Made by a program: the position numbers and the translations under genes | Assembly (NCBI GenBank): GCA_965203905.1 | Contig: CBDBDQ010000005.1 | Coordinates: 2,048,001 to 2,112,000, forward strand | Reading direction: 5' to 3' | DNA from: Spirochaetia bacterium | Lineage (GTDB): Bacteria > Spirochaetota > Spirochaetia > SZUA-6 > Bin103 | DNA: 64,000 nt | The notes under the pieces: generated by a model | The model's database searches: none | What the model saw: only the letters and a program-made list of their open reading frames with translations | What the model was told of the DNA's origin: nothing | Shown here: positions 1 to 9,417 of the stretch, in pieces | Position numbering within the stretch: the first letter of the stretch is position 1 | Layout of the letters: every line of letters starts with the position of its first letter

Positions 1-2
1 CG

Positions 3-257
3 CTGGGGTACGAGATCGCGGTGGAAGAGTCGAGCAGCCACGGGCGGCTGGACATGGCGGTGCGAGCGTACGGCCACGTGTACCTGTTCGAGTTCAAGGT
101 GGCGGAGATGGCGCCGCCGGGGTCGGCGCTGGCCCAGTTGCAGGAGCGGGAGTACGCGGCGAAGTACCGGGGCCAAGGCGAACCGATCCACCTGGTCGGG
201 GTCGAGTTCAGCCGCACCACGCGCAACATCACGGCATTCGAGACAGCCGACGCCTGA
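3..257 (+). CDS. C-terminal PD-(D/E)XK nuclease domain of an AAA-ATPase-like/PDDEXK_9 protein (5' truncated by window)
   Basis: Open frame from the window edge: LGYEIAVEESSSHGRLDMAV...VYLFEFKV...ALAQLQEREYAAKY, typical GRxD...EFK...AlxQi..Y pattern. Confidence 0.75.
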   Translation: MGYEIAVEESSSHGRLDMAVRAYGHVYLFEFKVAEMAPPGSALAQLQEREYAAKYRGQGEPIHLVGVEFSRTTRNITAFETADA

Positions 258-361
258 CCTCGCGACCACCGGCGATCGCAGCGCAGGCATCGCAGGTGCC
301 GGCGCGGTGCGGTGGTGTTGCGGCAGGTGGCGATTCGCGCCATCCTGTGCCGCGAACCGTC

Positions 362-1120
362 ATGACCATGAGTCAGTGTCTGCAGGAGCTGGGCGCCCGG
401 CCGGAGCTGCTCAGCGACAGCCAGCGTAACGAGCTGTGCGGCAAGGGGTACACGCTGCTGCGTGGAGTGATCGATCCGCCCTGGCTGGCCGCGTTGCGCG
501 AACGCTTCGAGGAGCTGATCGCAGAGGAAGGGGAGAAGGCCGGCCTCGAGGTACATCAGGAACAGGGCACGCGCCGACTGGCCGACCTGGTCAACAAGGG
601 CAGTGTGTTCGACCGGGTGTGGTCGCACCCGCTGCTGCTGGCCGCAGTGCACTGCGTGATCGACGCTCCCTTCCACTTCGGCTCGCTGAACGCGCGCGAC
701 GCCCTGCCCGGCGAAGGGTTGCAGGCACTGCACCAGGACGCCCACGCCGACCCACCCCCCTACGGCTGCAACTCGGTGTGGATGCTCGACGACTTCAGTC
801 CGGAGAACGGTTGTACCCGCCTGGTGCCGGGCTCCTTTCGCCGCCCGCACCCGAGAGAAGTGCTGGACGACCCCAAGGCGCCGTGCCCGGACGAGGAGTT
901 GATGGTGGCGCCCGCCGGCAGCGTCGCCGTGTTCAACGCTTACACCTGGCACGGCGGTACCCTGAACCGTACCCGCGACGCGCACCGGCGCGCGCTGCAT
1001 TGTTTCTTCAACCCGCGCGGCGAGGAGCAGCAGACCGACCAGCGCGCCTATCTGCGCCCGGAGACCGAGGCGCGGCTGTCGCCGGCGCAGCGTTTCCTCC
1101 TGGACCTGGATCCGGCATGA
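362..1120 (+). CDS. PhyH-family Fe(II)/2-oxoglutarate dioxygenase
   Basis: HQD motif, WMLDDFSPENGCTRLVPGS, distal WHGG and RR; start moved to ATG 362. Confidence 0.85.
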   Translation: MTMSQCLQELGARPELLSDSQRNELCGKGYTLLRGVIDPPWLAALRERFEELIAEEGEKAGLEVHQEQGTRRLADLVNKGSVFDRVWSHPLLLAAVHCVIDAPFHFGSLNARDALPGEGLQALHQDAHADPPPYGCNSVWMLDDFSPENGCTRLVPGSFRRPHPREVLDDPKAPCPDEELMVAPAGSVAVFNAYTWHGGTLNRTRDAHRRALHCFFNPRGEEQQTDQRAYLRPETEARLSPAQRFLLDLDPA

Positions 1121-1488
1121 CGCCGATGAGCGGTTCGGCGCACGCGCAGGTGGTACGGCTGGCCGACCTGCCAGGCGTGGCCTGTCCCTGCGGCACCGCC
1201 CGGCGGGCGTTTGCCGAGGCCGCGGCAGGGCGCGCGTCGCTGCACCTGGTGGAGGTGAAGCAGGACACCGAGCGCCACTACCACCGGCGTCTCACCGAGA
1301 TCTACTACGTCCTCTCGGGCCGTGGACAGATCGAGCTGGACGGCGAGCTTCGTCCGTTGACGGCCGGGGACGCGGTGCTGATTCCCAGCGGGGTGGTGCA
1401 CCGGGCGGTCCCCGGGAGCGCGCCGATGACTCTGCTCAACTTCGTCATGCCGGCGTTCGACCCGGCCGACGAGTGGGTAGTGGCCTGA
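1117..1488 (+). CDS. Cupin-domain protein
   Basis: HYH...EIYYVLSGRG...GDAVLIPSGVVH cupin motifs; ATGA overlap with PhyH stop. Confidence 0.85.
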   Translation: MTPMSGSAHAQVVRLADLPGVACPCGTARRAFAEAAAGRASLHLVEVKQDTERHYHRRLTEIYYVLSGRGQIELDGELRPLTAGDAVLIPSGVVHRAVPGSAPMTLLNFVMPAFDPADEWVVA

Positions 1489-1498
1489 CGCCGGCGCT

Positions 1499-1915
1499 TC
1501 AATTCCCGAAGCCGATGCCGCGCGGCCGGTCCGGCGGACGTTCCTGCCGCTCGGGCCACAGAGGCGCATAGCTCTCCACGCAGTGCGCCACGTCGCCCAG
1601 CCGTAACCGCACCACCGCCGATGCCAGCCGGGGGTGCAGCGTGGTCGGCTCCTGTAATGGGGCCGCGTCGGCGAGAGCCATGATCTGATCGCGTAGTCCG
1701 TCGAGTTCTTCGTCGGAGAGCCCGCGGAAGTCCCAGATGCGCATCACGGCGGAGCCGGAAGGCTCGTCGTGGCTGGTCAACGAGTGCAGCGAGTAACGGC
1801 TACCGTCGGTGAGCACCACTTCGACGCAAAACGGTGGTACCACGCTGTCGATGCCGGCCAGCCACGCGATCAGCGGATCGTCGTCCCAGTTGGATGCTGC
1901 GGCGTTCACGTGCAT
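1499..1915 (-). CDS. Hypothetical protein (138 aa, C-terminal RGIGFG)
   Basis: Normal amino-acid composition from ATG at 1915; directly downstream of the ligase. Confidence 0.6.
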   Translation of the reverse strand: MHVNAAASNWDDDPLIAWLAGIDSVVPPFCVEVVLTDGSRYSLHSLTSHDEPSGSAVMRIWDFRGLSDEELDGLRDQIMALADAAPLQEPTTLHPRLASAVVRLRLGDVAHCVESYAPLWPERQERPPDRPRGIGFGN

Positions 1916-1943
1916 TCCATGGTATCGGGCTGGCCGGCGCAGG

Positions 1944-3482
1944 TCACGCCTCGCCCCCAGCCTGGTGCAGGGCGCGCAGCGTGGCGACGGTGTCGGCCGC
2001 GGCGGCGGGTTTGTCCTCACGGTAGCCCTTGACGCGGGCGAAGCGCAGCGCCATCCCGGAGGGGTAACGCGAGCTGGTCTGGATACCGTCGCAGGCGACC
2101 TCGACTACCTGCTCGGGGCGGACGTATACCACGTGTCCCCGGCGGTGGGTCTCCAGCCCCAGGAATCGCTGCGTCTGCCAGCGCAGCAGGTCGTCGGTCA
2201 GGCCCTTGAAGGTCTTGCCGACCATCGCGAACCCGCCGTGTTCGGCGTCGCGCGCCCCCAGGTGCAGGTTGCTCAAGTGCCCGCGCCGGCGGCCGGAGCC
2301 CCACTCCACCGCCACCACCACCAGGTCGAAGGTGTGGGCCGGCTTGACCTTGAGCCAGCCCGCACCCCGGCGCCCGGCCTCATAGGCACTGTCGAGAGAC
2401 TTGATCATCACTCCCTCGTGACCGGCTGCCCGTGCCTGCGCGGCCTGGCACTGCGCCTGCTCCGGATCCTCCGTCGTGAGGCGCGGTACGCGCAATCCGG
2501 GGGGACAGGCGGCATCCAGGGCCGCCAGCCGCTGGCTCAGGGGGCGGTCGATCAGGTCGGCGCCGTCGAGGTGCAGACAGTCGAAGAAGAAGGGGCTGAG
2601 CGGCAGCGAGCCCACCGCGCGCGCCACCGCCTGGCGGCGGCCGAAGCGGCTCATCGTGACCTGGAACGGCTGCGGGCGGCCGTCCGGACGCAGCGCGATC
2701 ACCTCGCCGTCCAGGATTACCTGTCGCACCGGCAGCCGCGCCACGGCCGCCACCACTTCCGGCAGGTTGGCGGCCAGCTCGCGCAGGTTGCGCGTGTATA
2801 CCGCAACCCGGTCGCCGGCACGGTGCACCTGGATGCGTGCGCCGTCATACTTGATCTCCACCGATGCCGCACCGGTTCGCTGCAGCGCACTACCGACGTC
2901 CGGCGCCGTCTGCGCCAACATCGGCTGCAGCGGCCGGAACAGGGTCAGGTGGAACTGGCCGAGCGCCGACTCGCCGGCGCCGAGCAGCGCTGCGCCGACT
3001 GCCGGCAGCGAGCCCCCTACCAGCAGTGCCCGCCGCACCGCTGCGGCGGCGACTCCGCCGGCAGCGGCCAGAGCCTCCACCATGATGCCCTCCAGGGCGC
3101 CCTGGCGCAGCTCCTGCAGCAACAGCCGGCGCAGGAAGTGCTGCTCCTCGGCGGTCGCGCGCTGCATGAGGTGATGGAGCAGCTCGGTTCGCCGTTGCCG
3201 CGAGCCGGGCCCGCCTGTGGCAGCCAGTTGCTCCAGGCTGTGCGCTACCTCCTGCAGCGTAAGTGAGGCCGCCGCGGCGGCCGGCGAATCGCCTTCGCCA
3301 AGGGAGGCATACCCCACTCCGAGCCGCCCCTGCGGCAGCTCGCCCGACAGCCAGGCGATGGCGGTGCTCCGCTCGTCCTGCTCCAGCCGTCGCAGGCAGG
3401 CCGCCAGGGCCGCGACCTTGGCGCCCCGCGCGCGGGTCTGCGCCACCGCGCGCGAGGTCGCCACCAGTTCCGCCAGCAGCAT
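1944..3482 (-). CDS. ATP-dependent DNA ligase (LigB-like, with N-terminal DNA-binding domain)
   Basis: Motif I EIKYDGAR, ILDGEV, FFDCL, EGVMIK, WLKVK, and LRFAR in the OB domain. Confidence 0.92.
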   Translation of the reverse strand: MLLAELVATSRAVAQTRARGAKVAALAACLRRLEQDERSTAIAWLSGELPQGRLGVGYASLGEGDSPAAAAASLTLQEVAHSLEQLAATGGPGSRQRRTELLHHLMQRATAEEQHFLRRLLLQELRQGALEGIMVEALAAAGGVAAAAVRRALLVGGSLPAVGAALLGAGESALGQFHLTLFRPLQPMLAQTAPDVGSALQRTGAASVEIKYDGARIQVHRAGDRVAVYTRNLRELAANLPEVVAAVARLPVRQVILDGEVIALRPDGRPQPFQVTMSRFGRRQAVARAVGSLPLSPFFFDCLHLDGADLIDRPLSQRLAALDAACPPGLRVPRLTTEDPEQAQCQAAQARAAGHEGVMIKSLDSAYEAGRRGAGWLKVKPAHTFDLVVVAVEWGSGRRRGHLSNLHLGARDAEHGGFAMVGKTFKGLTDDLLRWQTQRFLGLETHRRGHVVYVRPEQVVEVACDGIQTSSRYPSGMALRFARVKGYREDKPAAAADTVATLRALHQAGGEA

Positions 3483-3494
3483 GGCTCGGGGTCC

Positions 3495-4010
3495 TTAACC
3501 GGTGAACTCTCCGCCAGTAGCCGCCGCGCCCACGGCCTGTCGGGCGTACCGCGCCCGCACCGGGTCGCCGGCCGCCAGCTCGCCACCGCGCAGCACGCGG
3601 CAGGTCACCCCGCCGCGCCCGGCCACCGCCAGTGCGGCGCGCAGCCCCGGCCATGCCTCCTCCATCCTGTCGCAGGGTGCGGTCTCACCGGTTACCTCCA
3701 GCTCGACCGTGCCGATGCGCAGCCGGCACCCCTCTGCGGCGGCCTCACCGGCGGCGGCCAGGTCGATGCCCGATAGCAACAGGTTGGCGCGCCGCGTGGT
3801 CCAGGGCAGCTCCGGGCGGCCGGCCTGGGCGCACGCGGCCTGCCAGTCCTCCAGGCTCAGCACGGTAACCTGGCGCCGCCCCGGCCGGCCGCGGAAGTCG
3901 TCCGCCACGCCGCCGCCGGCGGTCACCTCGGCGCGCGGCAACTCCTGCATGGTCCCGCGCGAGCGGTGGCGAATCGCAATTGCCAGCAAGCGCGGCGGAG
4001 TCTTCATCAT
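3495..4010 (-). CDS. MOSC domain protein
   Basis: RQVTVL, RRANLLLSG, LEVTGETAPCDRM, GVTCRVLRGG. Confidence 0.85.
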   Translation of the reverse strand: MMKTPPRLLAIAIRHRSRGTMQELPRAEVTAGGGVADDFRGRPGRRQVTVLSLEDWQAACAQAGRPELPWTTRRANLLLSGIDLAAAGEAAAEGCRLRIGTVELEVTGETAPCDRMEEAWPGLRAALAVAGRGGVTCRVLRGGELAAGDPVRARYARQAVGAAATGGEFTG

Positions 4011-4159
4011 GGCGGCAACCTACCATGCTGCGCGCCGCCGTCGCCAGCGGATCGCCGTCGCAACGCTCCTTCGCCGGCGAAGCGGGCGGGGGCGGCGCCG
4101 CTCGATGGCCGTTCGCGGCCGGCGGCAGCCGGCCCGTCCGGGGGCAGCGCGCAGCCGCC

Positions 4160-4387
4160 CCACCGGGCGCGCCGATCGCGGTACATTCCGGCACCAGTGC
4201 GGCGCGAGGTGTGGGGCCGCGACGGTGGCTGCTGCAGTTACGTCGATCCGCACAGCGGGCGGCGCTGCGGGTCCCGCTTTCTGCTGGAGCTCGACCACAT
4301 CGTTCCCTTCGCGCTTGGCGGCAGCGCCGAGCCCACCACCGTTTCCGGCATCGGGAGTACGGATCGTCGCCAGACGGGGCCACGTGA
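4160..4387 (+). pseudogene. HNH endonuclease remnant
   Basis: RSRYIPAPVRREVWGRDGGCCSY...C...LELDHIVPFALGGSAEP continues in another frame as HHRFRH...stop 4387; no credible start and the NL..C segment is missing. Confidence 0.7.
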
Positions 4388-4591
4388 TCGGTGCTCGGCA
4401 GGGTGCGGGTTGGGCGTTTGGGGGTCGGTCCAAGGGCGCACGGTCGGATCGGCTTCCGACCGGCGAAGCGTTCGCGCAGGGCGCTGGCCGCCGCAGTAGT
4501 CCTGCGGCTACCTCACCGGGTGTGGCCAGTCGAGCAATGGCGCGGCGCGCGGGTAGGAACTTGCCGGACGCCGCATTAGACTGGCGCGGCG

Positions 4592-4813
4592 ATGAATCGG
4601 CTGGAGGTCAACGCCACCATCAACCTGTTGCGGAGTCGTGGTCTGCTGCCCGCCGACTACGCCGCACCCGTGGCGGTCGATGACCTGATCGCCCACGTCT
4701 ACGACGCGTGCGCACGCAACGGAGTCGGCGCCGGCGCCCTGCGCCGCGAGGTGGAGGCGCTGCTGCGCGAGCGCGTGCCGGACAGCAGGAATCCCTCGGC
4801 GAAGGGCGGATGA
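4592..4813 (+). CDS. Small hypothetical protein
   Basis: 73 aa, typical codon usage, ATGA overlap with next gene. Confidence 0.6.
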   Translation: MNRLEVNATINLLRSRGLLPADYAAPVAVDDLIAHVYDACARNGVGAGALRREVEALLRERVPDSRNPSAKGG

Positions 4814-5496
4814 GCGTACTCTACCTCTGTGATCTCCATGACCGGAACCGCGGCCTGGATCGACTGCTCGCTGGACTGCGGCCCGATCTGGTCCTGGTCG
4901 GAGGCGACATCACCCACAATGGCAGCGGCGACGAGGCGCTGGCCGTGCTGCAGCCGATTCTCGCCTCCGGCGTGACGCTGCTGGCGGTACCCGGCAACAT
5001 GGATCGGCCCGAAGTGGGCAACGCCCTGGACGACCTCGGCGTCAACATTCACGGCCGAGGCCGGGTCGTGGCGCTGCCGGTGGCGTCAGGCGGGCCGGCG
5101 CGCATCGGTGTGCTGGGAGTGGGCGGTTCCACGCCGACCCCGTCGGGAACGCCGTTCGAGCTCAGCGAGTTGGAGGTAACGGCGCTGCTGGAGGCGGCAT
5201 GGCCGGCGGTGCATGACTCGCCCCCGGTGGTGCTGGTGGCCCACTCGCCCCCATTTCGCACCCGGTTGGACCGCGCCGGGACAGTCCACGCGGGGAGCAG
5301 CGCGGTGCGCTCCTTCGTGACCCGGCACCCGGTGGCGGTGAGCCTTTCCGGGCACATCCACGAGTCGGTGGGACGGCAGCGTCTCGCCGGGACGCTGTGC
5401 GTGAACCCGGGAGCGTTTCGGAGCGGTCGCTACGCCACCCTGGAGTGGACCGCGGGCGGCAAGCCTCGAGTGGAGCTGGGCCAGATCGAACCGTAG
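4810..5496 (+). CDS. Calcineurin-like metallophosphoesterase (Icc-related)
   Basis: DLH, GGDIT, PGNMD, HSPP and GHIHE motifs. Confidence 0.9.
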   Translation: MSVLYLCDLHDRNRGLDRLLAGLRPDLVLVGGDITHNGSGDEALAVLQPILASGVTLLAVPGNMDRPEVGNALDDLGVNIHGRGRVVALPVASGGPARIGVLGVGGSTPTPSGTPFELSELEVTALLEAAWPAVHDSPPVVLVAHSPPFRTRLDRAGTVHAGSSAVRSFVTRHPVAVSLSGHIHESVGRQRLAGTLCVNPGAFRSGRYATLEWTAGGKPRVELGQIEP

Positions 5497-5497
5497 C

Positions 5498-6274
5498 TCA
5501 CGGTTCCGGCATGAAACCCGACTGCAGGAAGCCGCCGTCGATGGGGATGGCGGCACCGTTGATGTAGTTGCCGCCGCTGCCGCACAGAAACGCCACCAGC
5601 TCGGCGATCTCTTCCGGGTCCACCTCGCGCGGGATCGGCATCCGCTTGCGCCGCGTCGCCTGCAGTGCCGGGTCGCGGGCGTAGACCTTGGTGGTCATGG
5701 CCGTGGCCGCCACCCCCGGGCACACGGTGTTGACGTTGATGCCGTAGCGCGCCCACTCCACCGCCAGCATCCCGGCGAGACTGTTGAGGGCGGCCTTGGA
5801 GGGACTGTAGGCACCGCGTTCCGGGATCGGCGCCCAGGCGCCTACCGACGAGATGTAGACGATGCGTCCGCCGCGGCCCCGGGCCACCAGATGCCGGCCC
5901 ACCGCCTGGCTGAACAGGAACGCTCCCGTGAGATGACTGTCGAGCGCCGCGCGCCACTGCTCCGCGCTCAGGTCCAGCGACGGACCCTTGACGTTGTTGC
6001 CGGCGCAGTACACCAGGAAGTCGATCCGCGACAATCCCGCGACCGCGGACTCCACCGCCGCGGCATCGCCGACATCCACTTCCAGGGCGGCGTGCTCTCC
6101 CCCGCCGGGCAGGGCCGCCGCCACCTCCCGCGCGCGCTCCAGGTCCATGTCGGCCACCGTCACCGCGGCGCCACGCTGCGCCAGGGTCCGGCATACGGCG
6201 CTGCCGATACCGCCGGCGCCGCCGGGCACCAGGGCTGCCCGGTGCTCGAACTCGCTGGTGACCGGCTCGGCCAC
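5498..6274 (-). CDS. SDR family oxidoreductase
   Basis: GGAGGIG, YSPSK, NTVCPG, IPIDGG. Confidence 0.9.
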   Translation of the reverse strand: MAEPVTSEFEHRAALVPGGAGGIGSAVCRTLAQRGAAVTVADMDLERAREVAAALPGGGEHAALEVDVGDAAAVESAVAGLSRIDFLVYCAGNNVKGPSLDLSAEQWRAALDSHLTGAFLFSQAVGRHLVARGRGGRIVYISSVGAWAPIPERGAYSPSKAALNSLAGMLAVEWARYGINVNTVCPGVAATAMTTKVYARDPALQATRRKRMPIPREVDPEEIAELVAFLCGSGGNYINGAAIPIDGGFLQSGFMPEP

Positions 6275-6281
6275 GGTACCC

Positions 6282-7013
6282 TCAATTCCGAGCGGCGAGG
6301 TGCCGGCTCAGAAACTCCAGCGTCAGGGGCCAGGAGTCGGCCGCGGCCTCGGTGTGGTAACGGGTCGCGTTGGTGAAGTCCATGTAGCCGTGACCGGCGC
6401 CGGCAAAACTGTGGAACCGATGCTCCACGCCGTGGCGCGTCAGCTCGGCGTCGATCGCGTCGCGATCTTCAGGGGAAGGATTGGAGTCGCGACCGCCGAA
6501 GAATCCCAACACCGGACACCGAATCTCGCCAAGGCGCTCGAAGGGCGGCTTTCCTTCACCCCAGGCCACGCGGGTGTTGCCGCCGTAGAACGCCACCGCC
6601 GCCTGCAGTCGCGCACTGGCGGCGGCCAGCAGGTAGGCCGTGCGGCCGCCCATGCAGAAGCCCACCACGCCGGCGGGCCTGCCGGCGGCGCCCTCCGCGG
6701 CGCCGAGAAAATCGAGCACGGCTTCGCTATCGGCAATGATCTCCGCGTCGCGCAGCAATCCCATGCGCTCCAACGGCTCATCCGGGGGCGGGTCCTGGCG
6801 GTGGTACAGCTCCGGGGCCGCGGCCATGAACCCCGCCGCTGCCAGGCGCCGCGCCATCCCCTGTACGAACTGGTCCACACCGCCCGCGTGCTGGATCACC
6901 AGGACAGCCGGTGCGCTGTCGGCCGCCGCCGGGTCCGTGGGACGGGCCACGAAGGTACGCATCGCTGCGCCGTCAACCTTCAGGGTCTCCCAGTCACTGC
7001 TGTGGGGAATCAT
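6282..7013 (-). CDS. Dienelactone hydrolase family protein
   Basis: GFCMGG nucleophile elbow, GGRD, AGHGY; start ATG 7013. Confidence 0.9.
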   Translation of the reverse strand: MIPHSSDWETLKVDGAAMRTFVARPTDPAAADSAPAVLVIQHAGGVDQFVQGMARRLAAAGFMAAAPELYHRQDPPPDEPLERMGLLRDAEIIADSEAVLDFLGAAEGAAGRPAGVVGFCMGGRTAYLLAAASARLQAAVAFYGGNTRVAWGEGKPPFERLGEIRCPVLGFFGGRDSNPSPEDRDAIDAELTRHGVEHRFHSFAGAGHGYMDFTNATRYHTEAAADSWPLTLEFLSRHLAARN

Positions 7014-7153
7014 GCTTTCAGCATAGCGGGTTACGCGGTGCCCGCAAAGCGCCGGCCACGCCGGAGTACGCCGGAGCCGCGTCGCGGGCGCGGAAAAAAA
7101 CGCTTGCACGGCGGGCGGGCTTGGAACATATTAAGTACTCCGCTTCACACAAC

Positions 7154-8632
7154 ATGATCGGCATCGGACTCGATTTCGGCACCACCAACACGACGGTGGC
7201 AGTGGCCGATGGCGACCGGATCACGTACCTCACGCTCGATCCTCTCGCCGAGCCTGCCACCGTAATGCCGACGGCACTCTACATTCGGCGTTCCATGGAG
7301 CACACCGTCGGCAGTTCCGCCATCGCCAGCTACCTCGGCGACAACGTCGGCCGGGTAGTGCGCTTGCGCAAGATAGATCTGGGCACCATCGCCATGATGG
7401 TGAATGCCGCCGACGGCGGCAGCGCTCCTGGCCACGCCGAGGGCGACGCGGTCGAGGTCTCCGTACGGGTACGCGGCGACGACGACGCCGAGTTGCCCGG
7501 ACGCCTGTTCCGCGGCCTCAAGAGCTATCTCGGAATCCGCACCCACGAACGGTTCAAGGTGTTCCATCGCCAGTTTCGCACCGTCGCGCTGGTCACCCTG
7601 ATCCTCTCGGAGATCCGCAAGGGCATCGCCGCGGCGGGCCGCGACGTCAGCCGCACCCTGCACATCGGGCGTCCGGTACGCTTCGTCGGCGACGACGACG
7701 CCAACGACATCGCCATGGCGCGCCTGACGGAGGCGTGTCGCCACGCCGGATTCGCCGGCTTCTCGTTCTACCCGGAACCGGTGGCGGCCAGCCTCGGCTA
7801 CCTGCATGCCCGCAGCCAGGCGGCGCCCGAGGAAGCGTTGCCGGCGCGCCGCGGCCTGCTGGCGGCCGCGCGGGAGGCGCAGCGCGACGACACCGAGACA
7901 CTGCTTACCTTCGACTTCGGCGGCGGTACCCTGGATCTGTGTCTGCTGAGGTGCCGCGGCACGCAGTTTCAGGTGTTGGGCACCGAAGGGCTGCCGCTGG
8001 GCGGCAACCGTATCGATCAGCTCATCATCAAGCGGCTGGTGTTCCCGGAGCTGGGCGAGGGCATCCCTATCAAGAGCGCCCGGCATCTGCAGCGTCCGGA
8101 TACGGTGTTTCCGTTCTACCGCTATGCCGACTACCTGCTGAACTGGCAGATGGCCTACATGATGAATCAGCCCGACCTGATGGATACCTTGTTCGCCGGG
8201 CTGCGTTCCGGCCCCGATCAGCAACTCAAGCTGGGCCGGCTGTGGCGGCTGATCCGCGGCAACTACGCCTACGCCCTGCTGAACGCCACCGAGCGTGCCA
8301 AGGCGCGGCTGTCGCAGACCGAGCGAGCCACGATCTACCTGCCGGAGATCGATCTGGAAGTGCCGCTGGATCGTACCAGGCTGGGCCAGATCCTGGAGCC
8401 GGTGGTGGACGAGATCGATGCGGTGGTGGCGGCGCTGCTGGACAAGACCGGCGTGTCCGCCGAGCAGGTCCATCGGGTGGTGTGCACCGGCGGCTCCTCG
8501 CAGCTCCTGCCGGTGCAGGCACGGCTGGAGGAGCTGTTTCCGGGACGTATCGTGCGCTTCGACTTCTATCGCAGCATCGCCGGTGGGCTGGCCCTGGCCA
8601 ACGCCCGCGGCTATCAGCACGCCCTGCCCTGA
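7154..8632 (+). CDS. Hsp70-family ATPase (YegD-like, no substrate-binding domain)
   Basis: GLDFGTTNT, IGRPVRF, EPVAA, DFGGGTLD, TGGSS; ends after the nucleotide-binding domain. Confidence 0.85.
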   Translation: MIGIGLDFGTTNTTVAVADGDRITYLTLDPLAEPATVMPTALYIRRSMEHTVGSSAIASYLGDNVGRVVRLRKIDLGTIAMMVNAADGGSAPGHAEGDAVEVSVRVRGDDDAELPGRLFRGLKSYLGIRTHERFKVFHRQFRTVALVTLILSEIRKGIAAAGRDVSRTLHIGRPVRFVGDDDANDIAMARLTEACRHAGFAGFSFYPEPVAASLGYLHARSQAAPEEALPARRGLLAAAREAQRDDTETLLTFDFGGGTLDLCLLRCRGTQFQVLGTEGLPLGGNRIDQLIIKRLVFPELGEGIPIKSARHLQRPDTVFPFYRYADYLLNWQMAYMMNQPDLMDTLFAGLRSGPDQQLKLGRLWRLIRGNYAYALLNATERAKARLSQTERATIYLPEIDLEVPLDRTRLGQILEPVVDEIDAVVAALLDKTGVSAEQVHRVVCTGGSSQLLPVQARLEELFPGRIVRFDFYRSIAGGLALANARGYQHALP

Positions 8633-8639
8633 CCCGCAG

Positions 8640-9398
8640 GTGACGGTCACCGCGATCCGCACCCCGCTGATCCGGCCCGGCAGTGACCTGGCGGGGGAGC
8701 TGGCCACCAGCCTGCCGCTGCCGCTGCCCGACGGCTGCGTGGTGGTGGTCGCCTCCAAGGTGGTAAGCATCGCCGAAGGCCGCCTCACCGGGCGGGCCGG
8801 CGACCGTGCGGCGCTGCATGACCTGGTGCGGCGGGAGGCGGAGTACTACCTGGAGCCGCACGCCTCGCGCTACGACATCATGCTCACCATCAAGCGCAAC
8901 TGGATGTTCGTGAACGCCGGCATCGACCTTTCCAACGCCGCCGGCCAGTTGGCGCCGTGGCCGAGCGACCCGCAGCGCAGCGCCAATGAGTTGTGGCACC
9001 GGCTGCGGGAGCACGCCGCCGGCGAACGCCGCCTGGGCGTGATCATCGCCGACTCGGGCGGCATTCCGCTGAACTGGGGCGTGGTGGGCCGCGGCATCGC
9101 CCACTGTGGTTTCCGCGCGCTACGCGACTACACCGGCACACCCGACCTGCACGGCCGCAAGTTCACCATGGAGAAGACCAACCTGGTGCAGTCGATCGCC
9201 GCCGCGGCGGTGCTGGAAATGGGCGAGGGCGCCGAGCGCACCCCGGCCGCCGTGGTAGAGCACGTAGGCCGCCTGCAATTCCAGGACCGCGAGCCCAGTG
9301 CCGCCGAACTTTCAGCCCTGCGCATCAGCCTCGAGGACGACGCCTACGCCCCCATCCTCCGCTCCGCGCCCTGGCAACGCGGCGGTGGCGGTTCATAA
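8640..9398 (+). CDS. CofE-fold gamma-glutamate ligase (CT611/FolC2-like)
   Basis: VVASKVVSIAEG, NAGIDLSN, GVIIADS, DLHGR, MGEGAERTP; start uncertain (GTG 8640). Confidence 0.8.
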   Translation: MTVTAIRTPLIRPGSDLAGELATSLPLPLPDGCVVVVASKVVSIAEGRLTGRAGDRAALHDLVRREAEYYLEPHASRYDIMLTIKRNWMFVNAGIDLSNAAGQLAPWPSDPQRSANELWHRLREHAAGERRLGVIIADSGGIPLNWGVVGRGIAHCGFRALRDYTGTPDLHGRKFTMEKTNLVQSIAAAAVLEMGEGAERTPAAVVEHVGRLQFQDREPSAAELSALRISLEDDAYAPILRSAPWQRGGGGS

Positions 9399-9417
9399 AC
9401 ACCGACGACCGGTCCCG

